Origin: Ginglymostoma cirratum
Taxonomy: Eukaryota
NCBI GenBank assembly: GCA_024137785.1
Contig: JAHRHZ010000016.1
Span: 33,879,339 to 33,943,338 of the forward strand
Reading direction: 5' to 3'
Length of the DNA: 64,000 bases
The translations under genes and the position numbers were made by a program. The notes below the pieces were generated by a model that saw only the letters and a program-made list of their open reading frames with translations, did no database searches and was not told the DNA's origin. Shown here piece after piece: positions 12,846-24,195 of this stretch. The stretch's first letter is position 1. Every line of letters begins with the position of its first letter.

Positions 12846-13069
12846 TACTTAAAACTCCCTTTACCTTGGCCTGGGCTTTATTGTATCTCCCAGGGAGAAT
12901 GTCTGATTCTTTCACAGCGAACTTGACTTTTTGAATCAAAAACAAAAACAGAAATTGTTGGAAAAGTTCAGCAGGTTTGCCAGCATCACGCACACCAGGC
13001 CTTGTTATCACATAGTCAGGAAATTACACACAACCTATTGTTAGCCACTAACAATCTCCATTAGTAGCT

Positions 13070-13375
13070 GAGATAAAAGGTACTGCAGATGCTGGAGAAT
13101 CCGAGATAACAAGCATGGGGCTGGATGAACACAGCAGGTCAAGCAGCATCATAGGAGCAGGAAAACTTGACGTTTCGGGCCTAAACCCTTCATCAGAAAT
13201 GGGGGAGGGGAAGAGGGTTCTGAAATAAATAGGGAGAGAGAGGGAGGCAGATAGAGGATGGATAGAGGAGAGGAGGCATTTCTGATGAAGGGTTTAGGCC
13301 CGAAACGTCAAGTTTTCCTGCTCCTATGATGCTGCTTGACCTGCTGTATTCATCCAGCCCCATGCTTGTTATCTC
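13070..13375. mobile_element. Young Penelope-derived palindrome nested in the outer element
   Basis: 99-bp arms at 13103-13201 and 13277-13375 are reverse complements with one mismatch, separated by a purine-rich spacer. Direct repeat atctccattagtagct at 13054-13069 and 13371-13386 (the right copy overlaps the arm end by 5 bp). Confidence 0.9.
13282..13309 (+). ncRNA. Minimal type I hammerhead ribozyme motif (Penelope-associated); mirror copy at 13169-13196 on -
   Basis: CUGAUGA-A-GGGU(UUAG)GCCC-GAAA-CG-UC: conserved core, extra A before helix II, ACGU palindrome in place of helix III, helix I auuu/aagu. Confidence 0.7.
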
Positions 13376-15278
13376 CATTAGTAGCTATTCACCCTCCTAC
13401 CTGGATTGTTATCCTCTCCTTTGTCTGTCCATCTGTTCTTCCCTATCTTTGGGTTCTATCCCCACCGTATCATTTATTTTTTACCCCCTCCCCAACCCTA
13501 TCTTCTGTGACATTTTCCTAGCTGTCGTCAGTTCTGAAGAAGGATCGCTAGATCCAAAACTTTAATTCTGATTTCTCTCTACAGATGCTGCCAGACCTGC
13601 TGAGCTTTTCCAGCAATTTCTGTTTTTATCCTCATTCTTTCCCGGGCCTCTATGTCCAAAAGTGTTGTTGTGAATGACACTTGTTGGTCAACAATGCCTG
13701 GGTCAGGGAGGTAGCATAGCAAAACAGGGGGACAGTGCATTTGGTTGACCAGGGATTAGGAATCCTGCAGGCCTGGGACTTGTATGTTGCATCACTGTGA
13801 GCCATGTTATTTCCCTTTAAGATCCCTCACACACTGCATCTTGCATTCCCTCCCTCCCACAAGCAGAAACACTTTGTAGCTATTTTCTTCCCTGTTGCAT
13901 TCTCTCAATTTTCAGCACAGTGAAAAGAGACAGTGAGCATGGTCAGTGGCTTACAGGTTCTATGTGATGGTGTGCCCCAAATCTGTTAGTGCCCTCCAGT
14001 GAACCCTACAGGCTTCACACCTCCCCATGTTCCTTTCCAACCTGTTTACAGAAGCCTGTGCCTGCCCATCTTTCTCCCTCCTCAGCCATGGGCATGTGAA
14101 GTAACCATGGTCATACATTTTCATGCCCTTGAAGTCAGAGTACTCCTGACAGTGGAACAAAGCACCCTACTGCATGATCCCTTTCCCATCCATGCTTTAC
14201 CTTATCCCCCCTTCACAGTTGTTATCTGCCACTTCCCCCTCAGCCTGCAGTCCCCACTCTTGAAGAATAACTTGCTGTCTCCTCCTGCCACCCTGCTTTC
14301 CCTTAGTTTCTGTGGATGGATCTGAAGGACTGACTATGGCCCACCCACTTTAACAACCAAAGAGGACAGTCCCAGACAAGAATTACCTAGATGCTTGAGT
14401 GATGGCTGTATATCATCCCAACAACATTAGCCCAACTGCCCAGACTGGCCACTGTACAGCCACAGGGCTGACTGTGACTCACTCCCCAGACTCTCAGTCT
14501 CTCATTAGACAGAGAACCCCTGACAGCAAACACCCCAATTGGACGACTGATTGTGACCAATCCCCTGGACTGGTGTCAGAGGCTGTCCTTAACCTCCCAT
14601 GCTGGGACCACCTGACTTATGATGCTTCCATGGACTTCAGTGGGGACCATGCCCCTAAGACTTTGAAACAAGGCTTCCTGCTTGCTGCACCTGCAGTGTG
14701 TTTGCCGTATAAGCTGCTGGCACATGGAGCAGCGTGAGACTGACATCGCAGACTGCCATACAACAAAGATGTATGCCCCCATGATTGAGGATTGCTGACC
14801 AGCAAGGCAAGCTGTATGATTGAGTGACTGTGCTAATTGGCACAGCAAAGTATTGAAATCATAGGCAGTGCAAACATACTGATGGGTGCTAACTGATGAG
14901 GTCTTCGAGAGTAATTGAGCAACCATGAGAGGCAACTTTGTCCAATCTATGAGCTGGGTCCCTGTCCATGCTCACAAATTGTCCCTGCAGCAGCCTTTTA
15001 ATGCTAGTTACTGGTACACACTGCAATGCAGGTCAGTGCTTTAGTAGAATCCTGCAAGTATATTGGAGAGCTACCAGGATGTCACAAGAGATTGGCAAGT
15101 GCTAGTAATCAATATTGCTGGGTGAGGCATCTGTTAAGTTGATGCCTGTGGATTGTGTCTTGAGATGCTGTTTGGTACTACACTACATACAGGCTGTATG
15201 AATCAAACAGTGAGATGAATCTACCAGGTACCCACCCTGATACCTATGTCAAGTTTTCTCAATGGCTAGCTTCTTTGG

Positions 15279-15547
15279 CATAACAAGCATGGGGCTGGAT
15301 GAACACAGCAGGTCAAGCAGCATCATAGGAGCAGGAAAACTCGACGTTTCGGGCCTAAACCCTTCATCAGAAATGGGGGAGGGGAAGAGGGTTCTGAAAT
15401 AAATAGGGAGAGAGGGGGAGGCGGATAGAAGATGGATAGATTCCCTCAGGTTTGTCCGGAGGGAGGAGGGTAACTTCTTCAGGGTAGGCATCCTTAGAAG
15501 AGGCTTCGCAGTGGGGTTAAATTTGTATCAGAGATAAAAGGTACTGC
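15279..15547 (-). mobile_element. Penelope terminal-repeat fragment with intact hammerhead core at 15343-15370 (-)
   Basis: Nearly identical to the 13103-13260 segment; gacgtttcgggcctaaacccttcatcag; ends by restarting the repeat (gagataaaaggtactgc). Confidence 0.8.
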
Positions 15548-15867
15548 TTTTTGGTTAGATAGGAAGGTGAATAATAATGGAGTGAGTTGGACCATTAATA
15601 AGGTTATTAACCAGCAATAATCTCCCATAATTCACCACACTGCTCATCAAAAGCATAAAAAGTGGTGTGAGATTCTCCCAAAGTTGAGGTCAGCCTTACT
15701 GGTCATCTTGTGCAACCTGTCACAAATCTTGCCAAAGCCCATGTTACTTAGACCACTGTAAAATTCTGCACAAAGTTTCAGTCAGGGATCTTTCATCAGG
15801 ACATGGAAATTTTAAGGAATGTAATTAGTTTTGAGCTGTGTTAAAGCCAAGAGGAAGACCAGTGATA

Positions 15868-16680
15868 CAGTGAAAAACAGTGGAGAGCCCGAGGCATGGT
15901 ATATTGGCGAAACCGTGCAGATGCTATGACATGGATGAATGGACAGCGTGCAACAATCACCAGGCAGGAATGTTCCCTCCCAGTTGGAGTACACTTCAGC
16001 AGGTAAGGACATTCAGCCTCCGATCTTTGGGTACGTATCCTCCAAGGCGGCCTTCAAGAAACACAACAACACAGAATCGCCAAGCAGAAACCAATAGCCA
16101 AGCTCCATATCCATGAATGTGGCCTCTACCGTGATATTGGGTTCATGTCGTGTTACATGTGACCCCACCATACTTCTCTATCTGTAAAATCTTCCTTACT
16201 GTCCTGTTTTGATGCCAGCACCTTGGTAAATTCTTATGATCTCTCTACATTAATTAGTTTGTAGTGTTTTGGATTACTTATTACTCTGGTTAGACCTTTG
16301 GCATGCGACTCTTCTACCTTTCATGTTATTCCAGTCAACTGGTTTGTCCGCAGTACCATTTTATTTTTAATTTTTTGTAATTATCTCTCTACCTCATTTA
16401 ATTGGATTATAGGTCATCTCTTCGCTTGCTATTCAGCTGTTGACACTTTACTCACACCGTCTGACACTCTTGACCACCGGCAGAGACCTATTATTTGGCC
16501 TGTCGACACTCCATTTTGTATGATCTTTTGATCTCTCTGCCTATTGACCTCTTTGCCTGTAAATTCTGTGCCTATGTGCTTCTCTCTCACTTCACCTGAC
16601 AAAAGAGCAATGCTACGAAAGCTGTGATATCAAATAGACCTGTTGGACTATAACCTGGTGTTGTCTGACTTCTGACATTG
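15868..16680 (+). mobile_element. Penelope-like element 3' part (GIY-YIG remnant plus terminal repeat)
   Basis: tat att ggc gaa acc = YIGET near 15899; degenerate hammerhead cac-ctgacaaaagagcaatgctacgaaagct-gtg at 16593-16626, then the cctgttggactataacctggtgttgt tail. Confidence 0.65.
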
Positions 16681-16699
16681 TTTTATAGAGCCAAAAGTA

Positions 16700-17250
16700 A
16701 TGGGAATAGGGCAAAAAATAAACAAAGAAACAAAAGCTATACCTGGGGCTATGCTATATGAAAGTAAAAATAAGAGACAAACCAAAAAAGACAAGTTAAA
16801 AAAATGGGCCAGAGATCATGGCCTGAAATTGCTGAACTCAGTGCTAAGTCCAGAACGGTGTAAAGCATATAATTGAAAAGTGAGATGCTGTTCCACAATC
16901 TTTTATTGAATTTCACTGGTACAGTATAGCAGACTGAGAACAGAAATGTCAGCGTGAGAGCAAAGTACAAACTTAAAATGTCAGCCACCAGAAGCTTGGG
17001 GTCATGCTTCCAGATTGAAAATAGGTGTTCTCCAATCTGCATCGAGTCATTGGTCTTCCCAATGTGCAAATTACCACATTTTGAATGGCAAATATAATAT
17101 GCATAAATTGCTGGTTCACCTGAAAGGAATGTTCAGGATCCTGGATGGTGAGGAGTGAGGCAGTAAAAGGGTAGGTAATATGCACCCTATGTTTGCATGG
17201 AATGGTGTAATGAGAAAGGGATTGGGTATTGGAGGTGACTGAGGAGTAGA
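16700..17250 (-). mobile_element. Penelope-like GIY-YIG remnant
   Basis: Minus ORF MHIGKTNDSMQIGEHLFSI resembles YIGETKxRLGDRFAEHL and parallels 50560-50700. Confidence 0.55.
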
Positions 17251-17983
17251 CCAACACTCCGTGCCCACCTGAGTAGGACTTTGTCTCTCCTCCATCCTCC
17301 AAGGGAGGACTGAACACAGTTGATCCTACCTCTAGCCCTTCTCGTACATACTTGTGCTTTGGTCCACACTGTAGCCACCTGATCTAAATGCTTGGGACAT
17401 TGAGGGTGAAGGAATCGGTTTCCTTTCTCTGAGCTTCGCTACTGTGAGAGACATACAAAGTGATTACGGGAGATTGGCTTGAAGAGCTGTAACATCTGCA
17501 GAACTGAAACTTCCCCAGTGAGACTTGGTTTCAATTTGCTGTCAGACAGAGTGGAGTGCAACACACCAACTTGCTGAATGCATTCAGTACCATTTCCACC
17601 ATGAATGTGCATCCCACATTTCCCAACGTTTGCTTGTTCTGCAACCGTCAAGACGTTCATGACTTCCTCCTCCACTGTGGTGATAATGTGAAGATAGGGA
17701 ACCTGCCTGCAGTCTTTGCACTGTCCCGGCATTGTGTGAATGTTTGTCTTCTAAGGAAAAAAAAGAGATAAATGGCATTGCTGTCCTCTGTGCTGGTTGC
17801 TCCTATGTTCAATAAAAGCTACATGACTGAATTGTTACAGGTTCTTAGCCATTTTGAGCCATTCTGAGACTCAGAGTAGCCTGTGCACATCCTGTTCCCA
17901 TATTTAGGAGCAACATTCACCCCGAGATTCCTGAATATCCAGAAGCCTATGCTGAGAGTTGAGGCGTATACTCACCTTGCCAG

Positions 17984-18219
17984 TGTTCTGAATGTAACAA
18001 GGTCAGCCAGGTGGGCGTCATAGAATATGAGTTTGCTGATTAGGGCTGTTAATTTGGTCGAATCAGAGAACCCTGACTGACAGATATAAAAAGGAGTGTC
18101 AGAGGTTCTGTTCCCTCTGAAAGCTGGCTGTGAGAAAGCTGGATCAGTGTCAGGAATGCTCCATGGGTGAATAAAGGGACACTCAGTGACAGGATACCAG
18201 CCGCTGTGGAGTTATTTCA
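17984..18219 (+). mobile_element. Solo LTR
   Basis: TG...CA ends (tgttctgaatgtaac...gttatttca), internal TATAAAA (18085) and AATAAA (18170), 5-bp TSD gccag at 17979-17983 and 18220-18224. Confidence 0.8.
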
Positions 18220-18780
18220 GCCAGAATCTTATTCTACATTGGATCGAATCTATATACACCATTTTCTTGCATCTGACTGTCAACTAGCCCCAACCAGGTT
18301 TGTTTAGTCTGGTTGAGTGGACTCATCCTTCCCTGAAGGAAAAGAACCTTCCTCCTCTCATTTACAGAATTAAAGCGGCCTTCCAGGTCCACATTCAGAA
18401 GTCAGATGCTGCCCTGTTCTTGTTCCAGGCCTTTGCCTTTCTTCAGACATTCCATGACTTTCTCAGTCTATGTGAAACAGTGAAATGGCAGCCACTCACC
18501 TGCTCTAGTTAAATATGGCCCACACTTGAACAGTCCTGCCTACATTCTCTTCCCTGTACCTGTTAAGTCACTGCCAAACCTATCTCCCAGCCAAATAAGA
18601 GTGCTTGCCAGTCAAAATTAGGGTGCTGATCTAACTTCCATTTCCTGCCCATCCAAGGAAAATCCTGCCTAACAGTCTCAGTTTTTCTCACCAAAGATGG
18701 CCAACTGAATAAGGTACTAAAATCAACCATCTTTTCTGGAACTTTTTTCCTACAAGAAGTAAAAATGTCTAGCAAAGAAA

Positions 18781-20644
18781 TTCTTGGAGAAGCTGGTACA
18801 GTGATTGCTGGGCCCCTTGCTGAGATACTCATATTATTGATAGCTACAGGTGAGGTGCCGGAAGCATGGAGGTTGGCTTATGTGGTGCCAATATTTAAGA
18901 AAGGTGGTAAGGGAAAGCCAGGGAACTGTAGACTGGCAAGACTGACATCAGCGGTGGGCAAGTTGTTGGAGGAGATCCTAAGGGTCAGGGTTTACCTGTA
19001 TTTGGAAAGGCAGCAATTGATTAGGGATAGTCAATATGGCTTTGTGCATGGGAAATCGTGTCTCACGAACTTAATTGAGTTTTTTTGAAGAAGTAACAAG
19101 GAGGATTGATGAAGGCAGAGTGGTGGACATGATCTATATGGACTTCAGTAAAACTTTTGACATTCTGCTTGACAAGGTTAGATCACAAGGAATACAGGGA
19201 GAACTGGATACAGAACTGGCTGAAGGTAGGTGAAAAAGAGTGGTAGTGGAGAGTTGCTTTTCAGGCCGGAGGCCTGTGACCAGGGGTGTGCCACTAGGAT
19301 CGGTGCTGGGTCCACTGCTTTTTGTCATTTATATAAATAATTTGGACATGAACATAGGAAGTATGGTTAGTACGTTTGCAGATGACAACAAACTTGATCG
19401 TGTAGTAGACAGCCAAGAAGGATATCTCAGAGTACAATGGGACTTAGATCAGATGGGATACTGAGCTAAGGAGTAGCAGATGGAGTTTAATTTAGATAAT
19501 TGTGAAGTGCTGCATTTTGGAAAGGCAAATCAGGGCAGGACTTATACACTTAATGGTAAGGTCCTGAGGTGTTTTGCTTAACAAGGAGACCTTGGAGTGC
19601 AGGTTCATATATTCTCGAAAGTAGCAGGTAGGCAGAATAGTGAAGGAGGCATTTGGTATACTTGCCTTTACTGGCCTGTGCATTGAGTATAGAGTTGGGA
19701 ATATATATTGTGGCTGTACTGGACATTGGTTAGGCCAGTTTTGAAATAATGCGTTCAGTCCTGGTTTCCCTGCTATAGGAAGGATGTTGTGAAATTTGAA
19801 AAGATTCAGAAAAGTTTTACAAGGTTGCCAGGGTTGGAGGGCTTCAGCTGTAGGGAGAGGCTGAATAGGCTGGGGCTATTTTCCTTGGAGTATCAGAGGC
19901 TGAGCAGGGACCTTAGAGAAGTTTATAAAATCATGAGGGGCGTAGATAGGGTAAATAGCCAAGATCTTTTTCCCGAGGTGGGGGAGTTCAACACTAGAGA
20001 GCCTAAGTTTAAGGTGAGAGGAGAAAGATTTAAAAGGGACCTAAGGGGCAACTTTTTCACACAGAGGATGGTGCATGTATGGAATCAGTTGTCAATGGAA
20101 GTGATGGAGGCTGGTACAATTGCAACATTTAGAGTGATACAGATATACAGGACAGAAACAACTCATCCATGTTGACCAGATATCCTAAATAAATCTTGTC
20201 CCATTTGCCAGCATTTGGCCCATATCCATCTAAACCCTTCCTATTCATATACCCATCTAGATGCCTTTTAAATGTTGTAATCATACCAGCCTCCACTACT
20301 TCCTCTGGGAGCTCATTATATACACGTACCACCCTCTGCCTGAAAAGGTTGCCCCTTAGGTCCCTTTTATATCTTACCCTTCATACTTAACCCTATGCCT
20401 TCTAGTTATGGACTCCCCCATCCCGGGGAAAAGACCTTGCCTATTTACCCTATCCATGCCATCATGATTTTATAAGCTTCTCTAAGGCCCCAAAAAGGCA
20501 TCTGGATGGATACATGAATGGGAAGGGTTTAGAGGGAAATGGACCTAATGCTGGCAAATGGGACAAGAATAATTCAGGATATCTGGCTGGCATGGACAAG
20601 TTGGACCGACGGGTCTGTTTCTATGCTGTATATCTATGACTCTA
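18781..20644 (+). mobile_element. 5'-truncated CR1-type LINE (RT domain + 3'UTR)
   Basis: ORFs WRLAYVVPIFKKG, QYGFVHGKSCLTNLIEFF, GVPLGSVLGPLLFVIYIN, FADD; ends in atgactcta. Confidence 0.9.
20131..20490 (-). mobile_element. Inverted CR1 3' end nested in the 3' end of a same-family CR1
   Basis: Minus ORF MVRVYNELPEEVVEAGMITTFKRHLDGYMNRKGL. Host is broken at acattt| and resumes at aaaaaggcatctggatgg (20491). Confidence 0.8.
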
Positions 20645-23486
20645 AAGCACAGCAGAAAAACCAGACATGTGTAAGAGAGACTTTAAAACAAAAATACAAA
20701 CAAGACATAAAGGTAATTGTATTTGCATTATATTGATTGTACAATTAATTAAATTTAACAACACGAATTTGTTACTTCTGCAAAGGAAATCCGGTATTCA
20801 CTGATAATGGAGGTTTAATGGATTTTCCTGGCTCATTTCCCAAATCCTGAACATTGAAGTCAGTCCAAAGTAAAACGATAAAGAGCAAGCAGCTTTCAGG
20901 AAGCAAGAACATTGCTCTTTTGGGACAGATTATCCTCCAGAAAAAACTTCCACTTAGTATTAGCACCAATGATAGGCATAATAAATGGCTTAATCTTAAC
21001 TTTACATACTTAAATATATTAGCACTTTGTATCTGATATAATTATATCTTATTATTCATAACAAAGCTAATTTTGTCAGTGAAGTTGGATTTTAATTCTA
21101 ATTTGAAATGAAATTAAATCACATATCAGATTTTATAAATGCCACTACTGATGGCCATGTAATACAATCCTCATATGACTGTACTGTGACAATCCAAGAC
21201 AAACTAGTATTTTAACAATTACTAGTCACTCCAGGGGTTCAATGTCATCCTAACTCTCATTGTTCACCCAGCTAAACAATGAGTATTGGTAGGCATTTAA
21301 TTGTGGCAGCACCTTATTCAAACCTTGTCCTGACTTCATCTGACGCTCGCATTTTTACTTGTCAGTTGATGATTTAAGTACTGACCACCAGATAGAGGAA
21401 GGAAAATAGATGAAAACATAGATTTGAAAAGAATGCATAAATATTAAGGCCACAATAATGGACAATATATAGATATAAGTTATACTGGGATAAAAGTAAA
21501 GTTAATGTAACATAAGAGAAGGGGTTTCTACAGAGCTGATTTCTAGATCAATTCAACAATGTGGGGAGTGCAGAGGATATATTTTTATCATAGAGTGTTA
21601 TTAGGACTAGAATATTCTGCCAGAAGCATAGGTGGAAGCAGAATCTGGGAAGAGCATAAAGAAAATTTTAAATTGGTATGGAAAGTGACTGATGTTATAC
21701 CACACAGGCTTATTTTACATTATTTTTAAGGGCCTGTGCATGATAGCCCAGCAAATGCACATTTGGTATTGTATATCGATACTGAAAAGTGGATGCCTGT
21801 GTCCAAAGGTCGAAAAGTGTAGAGGCAGTTCCCTTATTCACGTGAAGCAAACAGATACTCAGCTACTTGGTGGATAAATGAGGAGATAGCAATTCAGCTG
21901 AGTGTACCTTTTATCTCTGCACACTCTGGGTTGCTTTTCCAACAAGCCTTCTCTGGATCTACTGAAAAGCTTCAGGTTGGAAGAGACAAACGAAAGTAGA
22001 AAACTTAGGGTGTGTAGATCGTACAACTGGAAAAAGTGACGGAAACAGAAATAACTCTAGCTTTCAAAAATTAAGTGTATAAATATGAAGAAAAAATATC
22101 AAGAGTATTGGGAAAGTGTAGGGATTTGAAATAAGGAGGCACCTCCTAAAGTGAGGCAACACGGGCATTAAAGACCGAATAGCCGCCTTCTGACTGCAAA
22201 ATTCTTTGATACTTGTGCCTCTTCAGTCTAAAATTTCAAGTCACTGTCCCAACTCACAAGTGAAGAATTGGCTGCTGTTTGGGTTACTCAAGAGTTGCTG
22301 TTGTCCCAACCCTAAATTACAAAAATCCCTCAAAAACTTTAGTTGAAAGTGAGGAAAAAAAATGTTTTTTTAAAACTTCAGCAATTTATAAAATGAAAAT
22401 GCAAGTTGTAACACATTAACCTATATATCACTGAAAGTTCAGTGTGATATATTATGTATGTAAAATTAATGACTATTGTTTATAACAATGAAAGCTTTAT
22501 TTATCTCAGTTGGATGAATGCTGTCTCTGTCCGAAATATTATGAATGAACAATACTTAAGTACACAGGATCATTTTTGTTCAGTCACTGTTTCATTATAA
22601 ATCATACTGTTTGTAATAATTTAAATATATTAAACTCTTATCTGTCTTTTCTGTTGCTGTTATGGATTTGATTTAACAGCATTTCACTAAGCTCATTACT
22701 GCTATCCCCTCTGGAAAATCACGGTTCATACTCAGATGAAAAACTTGATAATATTGCAATTTTCAATACACTACACCATATACAATAACAGAGTGATTTG
22801 AGTGAGCTGTGATGTTAGGTGACTGTGTCCTCGAAATGATGGCAATGTAAGCTAGGTGCACTGAAATTCTAAAATAACTGGCAGAGAGTGCATGATAAAT
22901 TAATGTTGTCTGGCTGGGCAACATTATAGTAAATAAACAGAACTATTCTGCATGAATAATATTTAATCTACAGATATATTAACATTGGGTGAGTGAGCCA
23001 AATGAATGTTGCTTTTGTCAACAACAGGAAACTCATGGCTACATTTTACAATTTCCAATTTAAATAAATCCCTTCAAACCATTTGGTTCAGATACTGGAA
23101 GTTTGACAGAGATATACTATCCAGAAAGACTAGAACACTGCATTAATGAATTATATCAGAATTTATTTATTATGAACAATATAATAATCCATTCAATCAA
23201 ATAATTAATCAGTTTACTCAATGAACTAAAATTTGTCAACTATAACTAATTGAGTAAGAATAAAGATTAAAAAAAGCCAACAACCTCTACAAATTTGATC
23301 CTCATGCGAACAGAAAACTTTTTCTGTCCCCCAAAGGCCAACTATCTCAACAGTTCATACTGACAGGTATTTATTATCTGTGAAGAACACTGCATCTTCC
23401 TGCAATCCATGCTGACAGGAATCTTTGTTTCTGGTTCTGGCGCTATATGCACAATCTCCAAACTGACACTTTTTAGATACTCAATG

Positions 23487-23698
23487 TTGGGTTGGCTGGA
23501 CAGCTGGTTTGTGATGCAGAGTAACTCCAACAGCAAGTGTTCAATTCCCATATCAGCTGAGGTTGCCATGAATGTCGCACCTATTGAACTTTGCCCTCAT
23601 CTGAGGTATTCTGACCATCAGGTTAAACCACCATCAAGTTGTCTCTCCCTAATGAAAGAGCAGCCCTATGGTTCTCTGGGACTGTGGCGACTGAACTT
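23487..23698 (+). mobile_element. tRNA-derived SINE inserted in a pseudo-exon
   Basis: B-box-like gttcaattccc at 23539; 9-bp TSD tactcaatg at 23478-23486 and 23699-23707. Confidence 0.7.
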
Positions 23699-24125
23699 TA
23701 CTCAATGCTGAGGTTAACTTCCTTTGATTAAAAATTATTGTTGAAATTAAATTGTTAATAATGTGGGAATAGTCAATTTGATTGAATTTATCCACATACT
23801 TGAAACAATGGAGTGTTTTACATGTTCATTTTACCTTTAAGAATTAGTCAGCATCTATTCACTAGTACCTCTATAGTATGAAATCCAAAGCAGTCCATGA
23901 TGATATGATTCTGGATGTGTCTTACCACTACCATCACCGCAGTCTTTTCATGGTACTCTTAAAATGCAGTCATTAACTACTGATTATTATTGATTTATCT
24001 TCAATTACAAAGTAATTAGTAACTAACAATGACATTTCTACTATTACAAAGTAGTTGAGGTACTCCTTTAATACTATTGCTACCTAGTACTTTAATAAAT
24101 CATTGAGTTTCTGTACCTGAATTCA

Positions 24126-24195
24126 GAGATAGTAAGAACTGCAGATACTGGAGTTGGAGATAACACAGTCCTTCAGCTCCAAACTGTGTTATCTC
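24126..24195. mobile_element. Minimal Penelope-derived hairpin insertion
   Basis: Same 5' end as the other copies (gagatagtaagaactgcag); stem gagataacacagt/actgtgttatctc; direct repeat tacctgaatt at 24114-24123 and 24198-24207. Confidence 0.7.

Larger units (their letters stand above)
12936..13628 (+). mobile_element. Penelope-like terminal fragment with inverted end (outer element)
   Basis: aacagaaattgttggaaaagttcagcaggtttgccagcatc (about 12946-12987) mirrors gatgctgccagacctgctgagcttttccagcaatttctgtt (about 13585-13625). Degenerate hammerhead core ctgaagaaggatc..gatccaaaac at 13534-13560. Confidence 0.7.

Noticed and set aside
13070-13375. Recurrent near-identical repeats as a CRISPR array or miRNA precursor
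   Set aside because: Vertebrate DNA; repeats are dispersed with TSDs, lack spacers or cas genes, and match Penelope terminal repeats.
13680-15770. Several 60-120 aa ORFs in a GC-richer block
   Set aside because: No recognisable domain or consistent splice chain; probably old DNA-transposon debris, not assignable.
20772-20969. Minus-strand ORFs at 20772, 23342, 24228 and 25572 as exons of a minus-strand gene
   Set aside because: They are antisense shadows of the plus-strand pseudo-exons, which have the matching splice sites and phases.
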